Sequence record: PP400777
Direction: 5' to 3' (one strand)
DNA: 64,000 nt
Source of the DNA: Escherichia phage JM10
In this document: positions 41,140 to 49,704 of the stretch, in pieces
Layout: every line of letters starts with the position of its first letter
Position numbering within the stretch: the first letter of the stretch is position 1
The notes under the pieces: generated by a model
Database searches by the model: none
What the model saw: only the letters and a program-made list of their open reading frames with translations
What the model was told of the DNA's origin: nothing
Made by a program: the position numbers and the translations under genes

Positions 41140-41748
41140 TCAGTAACTGACAATAGACAGATTCCAGATTGTATAACGTCCATCTTGAATAATAGAATCT
41201 ACACGCAGTGTAGTCCCTATAGGGAGCATAAATTCACATTCGTCGGATATAAGTCTAGCATTAGACCGTCTTGTAGCTTCAGGGAAAGCTCCATTGAACT
41301 CACAAGATGGCGCAGCCAGAATCATGTTAAGCATATGTTCACGGAAGTTGAAAGCAAATGGTGCATCTTTGATGCAGAACATATTAAATGTTCCGTAAAA
41401 ATTATACGAAGCAAAGTTACGTGCTACACCGAACACTGGACTGAAGCTCATTACTCTGTCAAATTTAATAATACTACCAATGCCTTTATCATCAAGTGTG
41501 GCCATAGTTTTCTTAGAGATTCCACGATACATTGTCTCAGGAACAGAAGACGTCCAATTTCTACGAACGATTGAACTTAACTCCTGTTGAATACAGTCTG
41601 GCTTGTTTTCCATACACTGCCACAGTACACTTTGTTCAATGTCGCTGAATTGACTATCAATTTCGTACTGCAATACATCTTGATATTCGGGGTTTTGAGC
41701 ACGACGAACCATTTCTTCAATTTCACACTCGTTATACGGCATAAACAT
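41140..41748 (-). CDS. modA: ADP-ribosyltransferase, ModA-like
   Basis: R-S-E ART signature candidates: MYRGIS, FSP, SDECEF; 202 aa; tandem with a second ART. Confidence 0.65.
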   Translation of the reverse strand: MFMPYNECEIEEMVRRAQNPEYQDVLQYEIDSQFSDIEQSVLWQCMENKPDCIQQELSSIVRRNWTSSVPETMYRGISKKTMATLDDKGIGSIIKFDRVMSFSPVFGVARNFASYNFYGTFNMFCIKDAPFAFNFREHMLNMILAAPSCEFNGAFPEATRRSNARLISDECEFMLPIGTTLRVDSIIQDGRYTIWNLSIVSY

Positions 41749-41805
41749 TTAGGTTTCTCCTGTGGTTGATAAAGGTATAGTATCATCATCGGAAGAGTTT
41801 GTACA

Positions 41806-42387
41806 CTAAAAATTCAACATTTTCAAATGAATGATTTTGTATAATCGAGATAAAGGGTCATATTCTAAGTCTTCAATTTCCACAATCTCAAATCTAGAGA
41901 TACCTGAGACCATGTACTCTTGTTCAGATTCAATCATATCTAGGACGTCAACACGCGTTTCTTCCATAACATGCTTAGGGTTCTTTCCGGCGAGTACAAT
42001 GTTAATCATGTTTTGGTAGTAATCAAAAATGAATGGAGCATTCCTGAGACTAAGAATAGTGTACGTCTGATATTCCCATCTCCCAGAGAATTGACGAGCT
42101 GTACTGAAATCAGTTGTGAACGATGTTACTCGTCCAGGAGACCAATGGCATCCAACAGAAAGAAGGGAAAGACGTTCTACTTCTTCTGGAGTTACACCAC
42201 GGTAGAGTTCTACTGGTACTGTAGAAGTCATATGCTTACGAACAAGATGGTCTAATCCATAGTGGAAATCCGGGTCTTCCTTAGAATCGGTGCAAGCCCA
42301 GAGAATGTTTTGTTCTTGGCGGGTGAATTTGCTATCAATCAGATTTGTTAGGTATTCACGTTCTTGAAGTTCAGATTGACATGTCAT
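41806..42387 (-). CDS. modB: ADP-ribosyltransferase, ModB-like
   Basis: LYRGV, TSFTTD, ESEQEY motifs; paralogous to the adjacent ART; 193 aa. Confidence 0.6.
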   Translation of the reverse strand: MTCQSELQEREYLTNLIDSKFTRQEQNILWACTDSKEDPDFHYGLDHLVRKHMTSTVPVELYRGVTPEEVERLSLLSVGCHWSPGRVTSFTTDFSTARQFSGRWEYQTYTILSLRNAPFIFDYYQNMINIVLAGKNPKHVMEETRVDVLDMIESEQEYMVSGISRFEIVEIEDLEYDPLSRLYKIIHLKMLNF

Positions 42388-42443
42388 GATAGACCTCCAT
42401 TTAAAGATAAGCCTATCATAACACGAGAGGAGGGAATGTAAAC
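42388..42443 (-). promoter_or_regulatory. Early promoter with anti-SD element
   Basis: Minus GTTTAC-AUUCCCUCCUCUCGUGU-TATGAT ... AUGGAGGUCUAUC-ATG; CCCUCC in the spacer is complementary to the GGAGG Shine-Dalgarno. Confidence 0.55.
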
Positions 42444-42603
42444 TACTTTTTAAGCTTTCCTACTAAAGGTCCATCAGGGCCAGGTTGTTCTAACATGAAT
42501 AAGGACGCTTTAAAAAGCAATGTCAACCCTTTCACCATTCGATACCATGTCTCAAAGTCTTTTTCCTTGATTTCTAGTAAGAATTTCTCTTTCAATTTCT
42601 CTT

Positions 42604-42792
42604 TCATTTCCATGGACTCCATGGTGGAGGGTCGTCATAATAAGATGCAAGGTCTTTCAGGGCTTCAACAGGTAAACTAAAGCCGTGACGTTGTATAATA
42701 CTATCTAGTTCATCAACAAGTTCACTACGATGCACTTTAGGAGCCTCAACTTCAGGCTCGCCAAACATACTCATAAGGTCCATATTATTCAC
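42604..42792 (-). CDS. Hypothetical small acidic protein (62 aa)
   Basis: ORF overlapping the upstream gene by 8 nt. Confidence 0.45.
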   Translation of the reverse strand: MNNMDLMSMFGEPEVEAPKVHRSELVDELDSIIQRHGFSLPVEALKDLASYYDDPPPWSPWK

Positions 42793-43249
42793 CTAAATAA
42801 AAACTAGGCTGCTCGGAGAATGTTTCTAGCGCTACACCTTTTGTCTTAAAAAATTTCCAAATAGCTCGTTGCAAATGGATTAAATCTGCTAATGATGTAA
42901 TAAAGTATTTTTTGGCAAAATACTTATGGTCTCGCTTTTCAAACAAGTCTAAACGCTTTTCAGGATTCACATAAACGGCATTTTCCGTAGATTCATAACC
43001 TAAGTCCTTTATGCCTTCTTCAAGACTAAACGGAGAATTTTTAGAACGAGTAATAGCTCCAACTCGCTCTACACGAATTTTGTAACCTTTAGGAATCTGC
43101 AATTTGCAGAATTCTTCTACGATATATTGCGGATTATTTAGACTTTTGTTAATGAGAATAGCTATTTCTAGTGGAGTCTTATCTTCTACTGGTATATGTT
43201 TAAATGACTTGGCTTCAAGCAAATACATTTTAAATAACATAGCATCCAT
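42785..43249 (-). CDS. Hypothetical protein (154 aa)
   Basis: ORF in early cluster. Confidence 0.5.
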   Translation of the reverse strand: MDAMLFKMYLLEAKSFKHIPVEDKTPLEIAILINKSLNNPQYIVEEFCKLQIPKGYKIRVERVGAITRSKNSPFSLEEGIKDLGYESTENAVYVNPEKRLDLFEKRDHKYFAKKYFITSLADLIHLQRAIWKFFKTKGVALETFSEQPSFYLGE

Positions 43250-43424
43250 TATAATTTCCTCGATGGTTCACCCATATAAAGTTTTACAATACGTTCGCCT
43301 TCATCTTCGACGAGCTTCTCTTCATGTTTCTGGAGTTCTTTGACCATTTTCTCTTCAAAAACATCTAACCAATCTTCTGGTTCGACTCCATCATTCCAAC
43401 TTTTAAACCATTTTACTATTCTGT

Positions 43425-43748
43425 TCATTCACAGCTCCCTGAGCTTGAACCACAATCAGAATAACTTGACCCAGAATCACCAGGCCAAGACGATACGTAT
43501 GAATGATTATAACTTGAAGAGCTTGAAGCATTAACCTGTTTTGTTTTTGGACGAATAACTTCTTCCATCATGCCGTCACCAATGTATTCCCAACTTTTTT
43601 CGTGTGTATCAGGAATAGGCATCATACCTTCGCCTGGTTTAACAGCAAACAACTTCTTCAGCATCGTAAGCATTAATTGTTCCTCGAACAAAACGAACAC
43701 CACCGTCATCCCAACGGATTTCGGCATTAAATTTGACGTCTTCACCAT
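43425..43748 (-). CDS. Hypothetical protein with Ser-rich C-terminal tail
   Basis: C-terminus ASSSSSYNHSYVSSWPGDSGSSYSDCGSSSGSCE; N-terminus overlaps the next ORF in another frame, true start uncertain. Confidence 0.4.
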   Translation of the reverse strand: MVKTSNLMPKSVGMTVVFVLFEEQLMLTMLKKLFAVKPGEGMMPIPDTHEKSWEYIGDGMMEEVIRPKTKQVNASSSSSYNHSYVSSWPGDSGSSYSDCGSSSGSCE

Positions 43749-43935
43749 CCATCATGAATGAGTGTACGACTACATCATCATAATATCCAAGACCGTATTT
43801 CAACGAAACTTCTTGAGCAATCAAAGCACCTAATGTGTTATTAGGTTTAATCCAACGATTTAACATATTGTTCTCCTCTTGAGTAAGTAAAAATATCTTA
43901 ACACAGTTTTTAGTTGTTGTAAACTGTAGAAACAA
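43639..43935 (-). CDS. Hypothetical protein (75-98 aa)
   Basis: ORF upstream of and overlapping 43425..43748; start ambiguous. Confidence 0.4.
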   Translation of the reverse strand: MFLQFTTTKNCVKIFLLTQEENNMLNRWIKPNNTLGALIAQEVSLKYGLGYYDDVVVHSFMMDGEDVKFNAEIRWDDGGVRFVRGTINAYDAEEVVCC

Positions 43936-43963
43936 AAAAAAAAAGGAATCCTTCGGGATTCCT
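43933..43963 (-). terminator. Rho-independent terminator after soc
   Basis: AGGAAUCC-CGAA-GGAUUCCU hairpin followed by an 11-nt U-run on the minus-strand transcript. Confidence 0.8.
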
Positions 43964-43971
43964 TAAATTAT

Positions 43972-44208
43972 TTAACCACTTACTGGTGTAGGGGTAAACA
44001 TTGCAGCGTTCTTAGTTTTCCAGTCAGCTGCATCAGAAACTACAGTAGAATATGCAGCCTTTTCAGAAGGAAAGGTCTGATAATGAGAATCTGCAATCCG
44101 ATGTTCGTTTGAATAAATTTCAAACGGTACAGAAACTTCCATACCTTTAACTTCTTTGCCTTCACCAGCCGGATGTGTAAAGGTTTTGATATTAACGTAA
44201 CCACCCAT
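43972..44208 (-). CDS. soc: Small outer capsid protein Soc
   Basis: ...YVNIKTF...HYQTFPSEKAAYSTV...; 78 aa. Confidence 0.85.
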   Translation of the reverse strand: MGGYVNIKTFTHPAGEGKEVKGMEVSVPFEIYSNEHRIADSHYQTFPSEKAAYSTVVSDAADWKTKNAAMFTPTPVSG

Positions 44209-44253
44209 AATTAACTCCTTTGTTGTTTAATTACAGGTGTATTTATAACTTAA

Positions 44254-44775
44254 TCAGTAACCATTATCCTGGCGTTCAAAGTTGTGTTGGTTTTTCAAGT
44301 AGTAAAGTTTAAAGATTTCTTCAGCGGAAAGACCCAGACCTTGGAACATATTCAGAACAAAGTGGAGGATATCAATCATTTCGAATTTAATTTCAAGCTG
44401 GTCTTCAGGAGACAGTTCATCGATACGACGATTTCGATATTCAGCATGTTGTGCTTTCCATGGCTTCCATACACTGCTGGCGGCTTTTTCACCATTGCTC
44501 ATACCACCAAGTGAAGTCAGCAGTTCACGGAATTCATCATCAATATAATCTTTCTGATTACGCAGCCAATCAACAACATCGCCAGCAGTGGCCAATTCAT
44601 CAGGATGTTTGTTATGTTCAGGCTTGTCATTTGCCAGACGAACCTGTAAAGATTTCTGCATATCAAGCATTACCTGCAGTGGGTCTTTATCTTCGTGAAT
44701 CAGAGCATTAAAATAAGCTTCTTCTGCTTTATCAACACCAGAAATAAGTTGGGAACATTCGTTAAAGTGTGCCAT
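44254..44775 (-). CDS. 56: dCTPase-dUTPase gp56 (MazG-like NTP pyrophosphohydrolase)
   Basis: MAHFNEC... start (listed ORF has 5 extra codons); ...EIKFEMIDILHFVLNMFQGLG...LYYLKNQHNFERQDNGY. Confidence 0.85.
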   Translation of the reverse strand: MAHFNECSQLISGVDKAEEAYFNALIHEDKDPLQVMLDMQKSLQVRLANDKPEHNKHPDELATAGDVVDWLRNQKDYIDDEFRELLTSLGGMSNGEKAASSVWKPWKAQHAEYRNRRIDELSPEDQLEIKFEMIDILHFVLNMFQGLGLSAEEIFKLYYLKNQHNFERQDNGY

Positions 44776-44864
44776 TATTTTTCCTTTCAATTCAGTATAA
44801 GAGAGTTAATTCTAACATTAATTTTATAAAGCGTAATAAATAATAAGGTAACTAAGGAGATATT

Positions 44865-45062
44865 ATGTTTAAACTTCCATCGTTAATCAACGCTATTAAA
44901 GGCAATAAAAAGAAAACTGCTATCGCTGCAATAGTTGTAGGTGGCATTATTTCATGGAACTTCGGGATTGCACCATTGTTAGTTGCCCATGGTGTTATGG
45001 TTCCTTCTGTTCCATTGGATACTGTAGTTGACCTAGCTTTTGCTGTTATAGGGCTGGTCTAA
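44865..45062 (+). CDS. Small membrane protein (65 aa), plus strand
   Basis: Strong AAGGAG SD 7 nt upstream of the ATG; two hydrophobic segments; only plus-strand gene in an otherwise minus-strand early region; convergent 4-nt overlap with gene 61. Confidence 0.5.
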   Translation: MFKLPSLINAIKGNKKKTAIAAIVVGGIISWNFGIAPLLVAHGVMVPSVPLDTVVDLAFAVIGLV

Positions 45063-46081
45063 ATTTTAGAATACTGAGATAATCTCATTTTAGCATGCAA
45101 CCCACTTGAAATATTCTGTTTCATATATTCTAAAATTTCTTGTGGTGTTGCATTTTCTTTCATTACCATATCATTCACATCCTTTGATCTCCATGGAGCT
45201 CGATCCCAGAACATGACACGTTCGCCCGCATCAACTAATCGCTTCATGCGAGCTATAGTATCTGGATGCCTAGGTTCATTATCCATTACCCATACCCGAC
45301 GTTCTTTAAATGGTACCACATCTAAATCTATTGAGCCGCCTGTAATAGCGATTGCATTGGGTATGAATAAACTATCAATAGGGCCTTCCATTACCCAGAC
45401 GTCCCCTTCCTTAACACGTTCAACACCATAAATTTTTGTTGCAGACTCAAACGCTTTAATAGTGATATATTTCTGAGGAGCATCTTTACGAAGTGCACGT
45501 CCTTGGAATGACTCGGCCTTCCCATCTTTATTAAAAATAGGAATCACTAAACGTGGTTCAGGAATCTCTTTCTTATATGTGCCAGGTTGAATCTTGTTGA
45601 CCAATTTAGGCCATTCTAATGTGAACCATAATCTGTTCCATGATTCTTTAGGAATACACCGAGACTTAACATATTTCACAATAGGATGCTCTTCAGGCAA
45701 CTTGTCTAGACGAGAACAAGACGGCAAAGAATTTATAGTCTTTTTCTCCGGTTCTGGTTTATGTTCAGGAACCTTTTCAATTTTTGGTTCCATTCTAGCT
45801 TTTTCTTTACGAACTTCCATTAGATATTCGCGATAAAGCTCTTCATCATACTCCTTTAAGTATCCGGAAATTGTATTGTGGTATTGACAGTTATAGCAAT
45901 GTACATTACCAGGAGTACCGCCATAATACCATCCGCGAGCTTTCATTGCATCTGTCTGGGAGTCGCCACAAACTGGACATCGAAATGTTAATTTAAATGT
46001 GCTTGAATTATTGATTTGTCTAAAACGAGGTAGGTGAGAAAACGCACGATAAGCAAATTCATTATCTATCCATTCAGCCAT
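45059..46081 (-). CDS. 61: DNA primase gp61
   Basis: MAEWIDNEFAYRAFSHLPRFRQINNSSTFKLTFRCPVCGDS... zinc ribbon plus TOPRIM; 340 aa. Confidence 0.93.
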   Translation of the reverse strand: MAEWIDNEFAYRAFSHLPRFRQINNSSTFKLTFRCPVCGDSQTDAMKARGWYYGGTPGNVHCYNCQYHNTISGYLKEYDEELYREYLMEVRKEKARMEPKIEKVPEHKPEPEKKTINSLPSCSRLDKLPEEHPIVKYVKSRCIPKESWNRLWFTLEWPKLVNKIQPGTYKKEIPEPRLVIPIFNKDGKAESFQGRALRKDAPQKYITIKAFESATKIYGVERVKEGDVWVMEGPIDSLFIPNAIAITGGSIDLDVVPFKERRVWVMDNEPRHPDTIARMKRLVDAGERVMFWDRAPWRSKDVNDMVMKENATPQEILEYMKQNISSGLHAKMRLSQYSKI

Positions 46082-46120
46082 AGTATTCTCCAGAGGCCTT
46101 AAATTAATAAGGCCATCTTA

Positions 46121-46615
46121 TCACAACTTATTAATATTTACTTTAATTCGCTTTCTTTTCTTGGAATGAATTTGTTCGGGGCCTTTATTTACGACTGCAC
46201 CTGTAGTTGTTCCTGATGCAATAGCTTGAGGGCTGCCACCTGAATCGCCAGCAACCATATCCTCAAATAAAGGGAGCTCTTTAAATATTTCTTTCTGTTG
46301 TTCTTCCGTAATGTTATAGCGTGAAGCTACAGCACTCCAGGCAGACATCATTGAGGCCATTCCATTAAGACCTGGAACAGTGCTCATCATTCGCTTCATT
46401 GAACGAACTGAAGCATGAAAAGGTGTATACGCCGCTTTCTCTTCGGGAGTGGAAGGGCGTTTAAGAACACTTCCACGTTCATCGATGATTTTGGCTTCAT
46501 ATGCTTTCCATTCGGTAAAAGGTTTTTGCATTAGTCGAATAAACTTATATGCGTAAACAGAATCTATTGCAGTGTTAATAATACCCATAGGTACCTCCTG
46601 AGTATATTTAATCAA
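46121..46615 (-). CDS. Hypothetical protein (164 aa)
   Basis: ORF in the 61-41 intergenic cluster. Confidence 0.5.
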   Translation of the reverse strand: MIKYTQEVPMGIINTAIDSVYAYKFIRLMQKPFTEWKAYEAKIIDERGSVLKRPSTPEEKAAYTPFHASVRSMKRMMSTVPGLNGMASMMSAWSAVASRYNITEEQQKEIFKELPLFEDMVAGDSGGSPQAIASGTTTGAVVNKGPEQIHSKKRKRIKVNINKL

Positions 46616-46805
46616 TTACAAAGATTGCTTTGTCGCCATTTATATCTGTGACTTCATATGTAGTGCCTTCATACTGTGGAATATTCCAAATTACACCATC
46701 ATTAGCTTTTACGCTAATATGGTATTGGTGTTTTGAAACAACTTCATAATCTTCAAAACTTGTAAAAACACTAATTTTAGAACCAGTGCAAATTGCAGTA
46801 GTCAT
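46608..46805 (-). CDS. Hypothetical small protein (65 aa)
   Basis: ORF with 8-nt overlap to the downstream gene. Confidence 0.45.
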   Translation of the reverse strand: MTTAICTGSKISVFTSFEDYEVVSKHQYHISVKANDGVIWNIPQYEGTTYEVTDINGDKAIFVID

Positions 46806-46806
46806 T

Positions 46807-47466
46807 TTAACCTCGATTCATAAATGCATTAAATATTTGGTCATCAACAGAAATTTCTAATTCGACTTCAATTGCTTCAGCCTTTTCTTCAAGTGGTAAT
46901 TCGTATCCACACACTACAATTTTTTCATCGATATCAAAATATACAGAAGCAATACGATTAATGTTATTTTCAGTTAAGTCTAAATCAACATCAACATCTT
47001 TTTGACCTACACTTAAAGGATAACTAATACGGGTTATTTTATTATCTTTAACAAAGAGACCACCAACATACTCTGTACTACGTTTGAAGTTTACACGTTT
47101 CCGAAATGAAAGATATGAGGCATCTTTACCATGAGCCCTGCTCATAGGACATAATGAATAGCTAGAATAAGAGATGTCAAATCCTACACCTTCAATATGA
47201 GCCAACGCGCCATGATTAAACCAATTATAATCATATGCCAAATCCATTATATTGTAATATGTGAAAGGCACAGGATTAACATCATATGTTGTACCTTTAA
47301 AATCTGCCCAGGCAACGATTTCGTTATCTTTAACAATTACAAAAATTACACCAATATGGTATCCGTTATTATTTTCATTCGGCGTTATATTATAACATTG
47401 CGCATTAGGAAATTTACCATATTTAAATGGCGCATTTTTGTGCATATAATAAATCATATTATTCAC
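46807..47466 (-). CDS. Hypothetical protein (219 aa)
   Basis: ORF in the 61-41 cluster. Confidence 0.5.
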   Translation of the reverse strand: MNNMIYYMHKNAPFKYGKFPNAQCYNITPNENNNGYHIGVIFVIVKDNEIVAWADFKGTTYDVNPVPFTYYNIMDLAYDYNWFNHGALAHIEGVGFDISYSSYSLCPMSRAHGKDASYLSFRKRVNFKRSTEYVGGLFVKDNKITRISYPLSVGQKDVDVDLDLTENNINRIASVYFDIDEKIVVCGYELPLEEKAEAIEVELEISVDDQIFNAFMNRG

Positions 47467-47752
47467 CTGTGATTTCGGTTACGATATCTTTGTTATCGAA
47501 ATTAGGGTCACAATACAAAACATAGTTGTACTGCATGATACCGCCAGACTTAAGTTGTTCAACAACTTTATTAACCATATTAGGACGGTCTCGTTTAGTG
47601 ATGTTCATGATATCAGAGAAGATTTGTTGTTCAACATCTTCTTGATTTGCAGTCATTGACCACTCACAGAGGTCTTTATCATAACCTGCCGTAACTGGAG
47701 CCGGTGCACATGATACTGCAAGTAAGATTGCTGCCAATGATAACTTTTTCAT
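47459..47752 (-). CDS. sp: Spackle periplasmic protein (superinfection exclusion, lysozyme inhibitor)
   Basis: Signal peptide MKKLSLAAILLAVSCAPAPVTA then GYDKDLCEWSMTANQEDVEQQ...QLKSGGIMQYNYVLYCD; 97 aa. Confidence 0.8.
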   Translation of the reverse strand: MKKLSLAAILLAVSCAPAPVTAGYDKDLCEWSMTANQEDVEQQIFSDIMNITKRDRPNMVNKVVEQLKSGGIMQYNYVLYCDPNFDNKDIVTEITGE

Positions 47753-47811
47753 TTTAACTCCTTAGTTGATTTGATAGGACTACTATACTATAGTCCATCT
47801 ATAATGTAAAC
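47753..47811 (-). promoter_or_regulatory. Early promoter upstream of sp
   Basis: Minus GTTTAC - 18 nt - TATAGT, inverted repeat GGACUA/UAGUCC flanking the -10, AAGGAG SD. Confidence 0.55.
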
Positions 47812-47815
47812 AAGT

Positions 47816-48064
47816 TTATTCTTTTTCGCGAATAATAATTACTTGTTGAGGCTGCTGAGCAGATTTCTTTTCGGCAACGATAGACCAAATTAAAGTTCCA
47901 ATCCAACCAATCATCGTCCAGTTAAAGAGTAAAGATACAAAGAAGATTGCTGTTGTGCTTTTTGTGCCACGAATAAGTGCGATTACCCAAGGCAACATGT
48001 AAATGATGATTGAACCAATACCTGCGATTAAAACTGCTACTGAACTAGCTACGAATAATTCCAT
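47816..48064 (-). CDS. Small inner-membrane protein (82 aa), possible superinfection-immunity-type protein
   Basis: Two hydrophobic helices (LIAGIGSIIIYMLPWVIALI; IFFVSLLFNWTMIGWIGTLIWSIV); adjacent to sp. Confidence 0.5.
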   Translation of the reverse strand: MELFVASSVAVLIAGIGSIIIYMLPWVIALIRGTKSTTAIFFVSLLFNWTMIGWIGTLIWSIVAEKKSAQQPQQVIIIREKE

Positions 48065-48125
48065 GTTAATTTCCTCTTGATTTGTTATGTTTATAGTATC
48101 TTATTTTAACTTTGGTGTAAACCAA

Positions 48126-48494
48126 TTAATTAAATTTGTTTAAACGTTCAATACACTGGACGTAGTTATTCGCGATTTGTTTCTGGGTAGGCTCTTTACC
48201 AGTTGTTTCAACATAGCGAATGAATGCGATTTCAGTAGCCTGTAAGCAATGTTCTTTAACGCGTTGTTCTTTTGACAATGCTACAGTATCAGAGTCACGA
48301 TAACGTTGAGCATGGGCATCAGCTTGAATCATTCGATTACCTACAGTAACCGGGTCTTCCACTTCAACTTTAGGTTGTTCATATTGTTTAACATTCGGAT
48401 TGTAAATCAGTTGGCCAACGTTATTAGGAATAAAGCCATGGGCACCACATCCGGTTAATCCGAACACCATTGCTAAAGCGATTAATTTTTTCAT
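48126..48494 (-). CDS. Putative lipoprotein (122 aa)
   Basis: Signal peptide with lipobox MKKLIALAMVFGLTGC. Confidence 0.55.
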   Translation of the reverse strand: MKKLIALAMVFGLTGCGAHGFIPNNVGQLIYNPNVKQYEQPKVEVEDPVTVGNRMIQADAHAQRYRDSDTVALSKEQRVKEHCLQATEIAFIRYVETTGKEPTQKQIANNYVQCIERLNKFN

Positions 48495-48554
48495 TTCAAT
48501 TTCCTCTGTAGTTGATAGAAAGATAGTAACACAGTATGTGGTGCTTGTAAACAG

Positions 48555-48767
48555 CTATTTTAAACTTTTGCGAAATTTGCGTTTTTCTTGACGAATCTGT
48601 CGTTTAGTAGGACGTACAGCAAATTTAACGAAGTCTACTTTGCCGTGTGGAAACTTTTCAGATGCTTCACAGTCCATCATTAGTTCCCATCCTTCCAGAA
48701 TAAGAGCTTTCCATTGTGTAGTTGATGCAAATTCATATGTTGATGGTTTAAACACAGTTGAATACAT
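48555..48767 (-). CDS. Hypothetical basic small protein
   Basis: Listed ORF trimmed to the ATG just after the dmd stop; K/R-rich C-terminus. Confidence 0.4.
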   Translation of the reverse strand: MYSTVFKPSTYEFASTTQWKALILEGWELMMDCEASEKFPHGKVDFVKFAVRPTKRQIRQEKRKFRKSLK

Positions 48768-48768
48768 A

Positions 48769-48960
48769 TTATCCTCTGAAATCAGCTTCAAAAACTTTCT
48801 CGTCATTAATAAATGCTTTAACTAATGTTTTGTTCACTTCAGCAAGTTGTACCGTAACCCACTCGATTTCTTCGCGATCACCTGATAACATCATATCTTT
48901 AGTGAACATCTCACCGCTTTTAAACCAACCGATAAAAGTAACTTTAGTTAATTTGCTCAT
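48769..48960 (-). CDS. dmd: Dmd antitoxin (inhibitor of host RnlA/LsoA RNase toxins)
   Basis: MSKLTKVTFIGWFKSGEMFTKDMMLSGDREEIEWVTVQLAEVNKTLVKAFINDEKVFEADFRG; 63 aa. Confidence 0.75.
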   Translation of the reverse strand: MSKLTKVTFIGWFKSGEMFTKDMMLSGDREEIEWVTVQLAEVNKTLVKAFINDEKVFEADFRG

Positions 48961-49274
48961 ATTTCCTCACAGAATGCCCATTCAGCATGATAAACTGTAG
49001 CACCTTTAGTATCATTCATTTGAACTACATCTACCGGAGAAATTACTCGATAGAGACGTGGTTCACCTCCATAAGAGCGTGCTGCTCGTCCTGCATAAAT
49101 CTTTGCTAAACCGATATCTTCAGTAAAGAATACACGATCCAAGTTTTTCTTACGTCCAGTTTCAGACAGAACTCCTGTTTCTTCAGGAGGACAAAGCATG
49201 TTTTCGATGTTAGCTGAACTACTTGAGCCGTGATAAAAAATCTTAAATTCTGCTTTACAATCGATGGTTTTCAT
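48957..49274 (-). CDS. Hypothetical protein (105 aa)
   Basis: ORF with ATGA overlap to dmd; preceded by a promoter/hairpin cassette. Confidence 0.5.
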   Translation of the reverse strand: MKTIDCKAEFKIFYHGSSSSANIENMLCPPEETGVLSETGRKKNLDRVFFTEDIGLAKIYAGRAARSYGGEPRLYRVISPVDVVQMNDTKGATVYHAEWAFCEEI

Positions 49275-49329
49275 TTTGTTCTCCAGTAGTTGATAGGTCT
49301 ATAATAACACAACTACTGGAGAAGTAAAC
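49275..49329 (-). promoter_or_regulatory. Early promoter with 12-bp anti-SD inverted repeat
   Basis: Minus GTTTAC-UUCUCCAGUAGUUGUGU-TATTAT-AGACCUAUCAACUACUGGAGAACAAA-ATG; arm CUCCAGUAGUUG in the spacer pairs with CAACUACUGGAG carrying the SD. Confidence 0.65.
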
Positions 49330-49704
49330 TTAAAAACGTAATTTAGATATATCTGCGTTGATTTCGTTTTGGTTTGCGTCGTATGCAATTAAACGAACCG
49401 CTTTAGATGGGTCATTCAATGCATAGAAATGATGGAACATTGCTCGAACGATATCACCATTTACGAGTTCTACCTGGATAGGAGAACCTTTTTCGAGTTG
49501 GAAATGTTCATAAGCTTTGATGGTTCGTAGATAATCAAGTTTTTGATTTCCGGCTCCAACAATTTGTACGATACGTTTGCCAATGTTTTCCATACGAGAT
49601 ACAATAGTTTTAGGAGCAAGAATAACGTAGGTTGCCAGCGGAGAAACTACTTCAACAGTTGTGTTTTCGGTGATTGCAGTAAAAATTGCTTGAGACATAT
49701 TCAT
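49330..49704 (-). CDS. Hypothetical protein (124 aa)
   Basis: ORF downstream of gene 41 with its own promoter cassette. Confidence 0.5.
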   Translation of the reverse strand: MNMSQAIFTAITENTTVEVVSPLATYVILAPKTIVSRMENIGKRIVQIVGAGNQKLDYLRTIKAYEHFQLEKGSPIQVELVNGDIVRAMFHHFYALNDPSKAVRLIAYDANQNEINADISKLRF

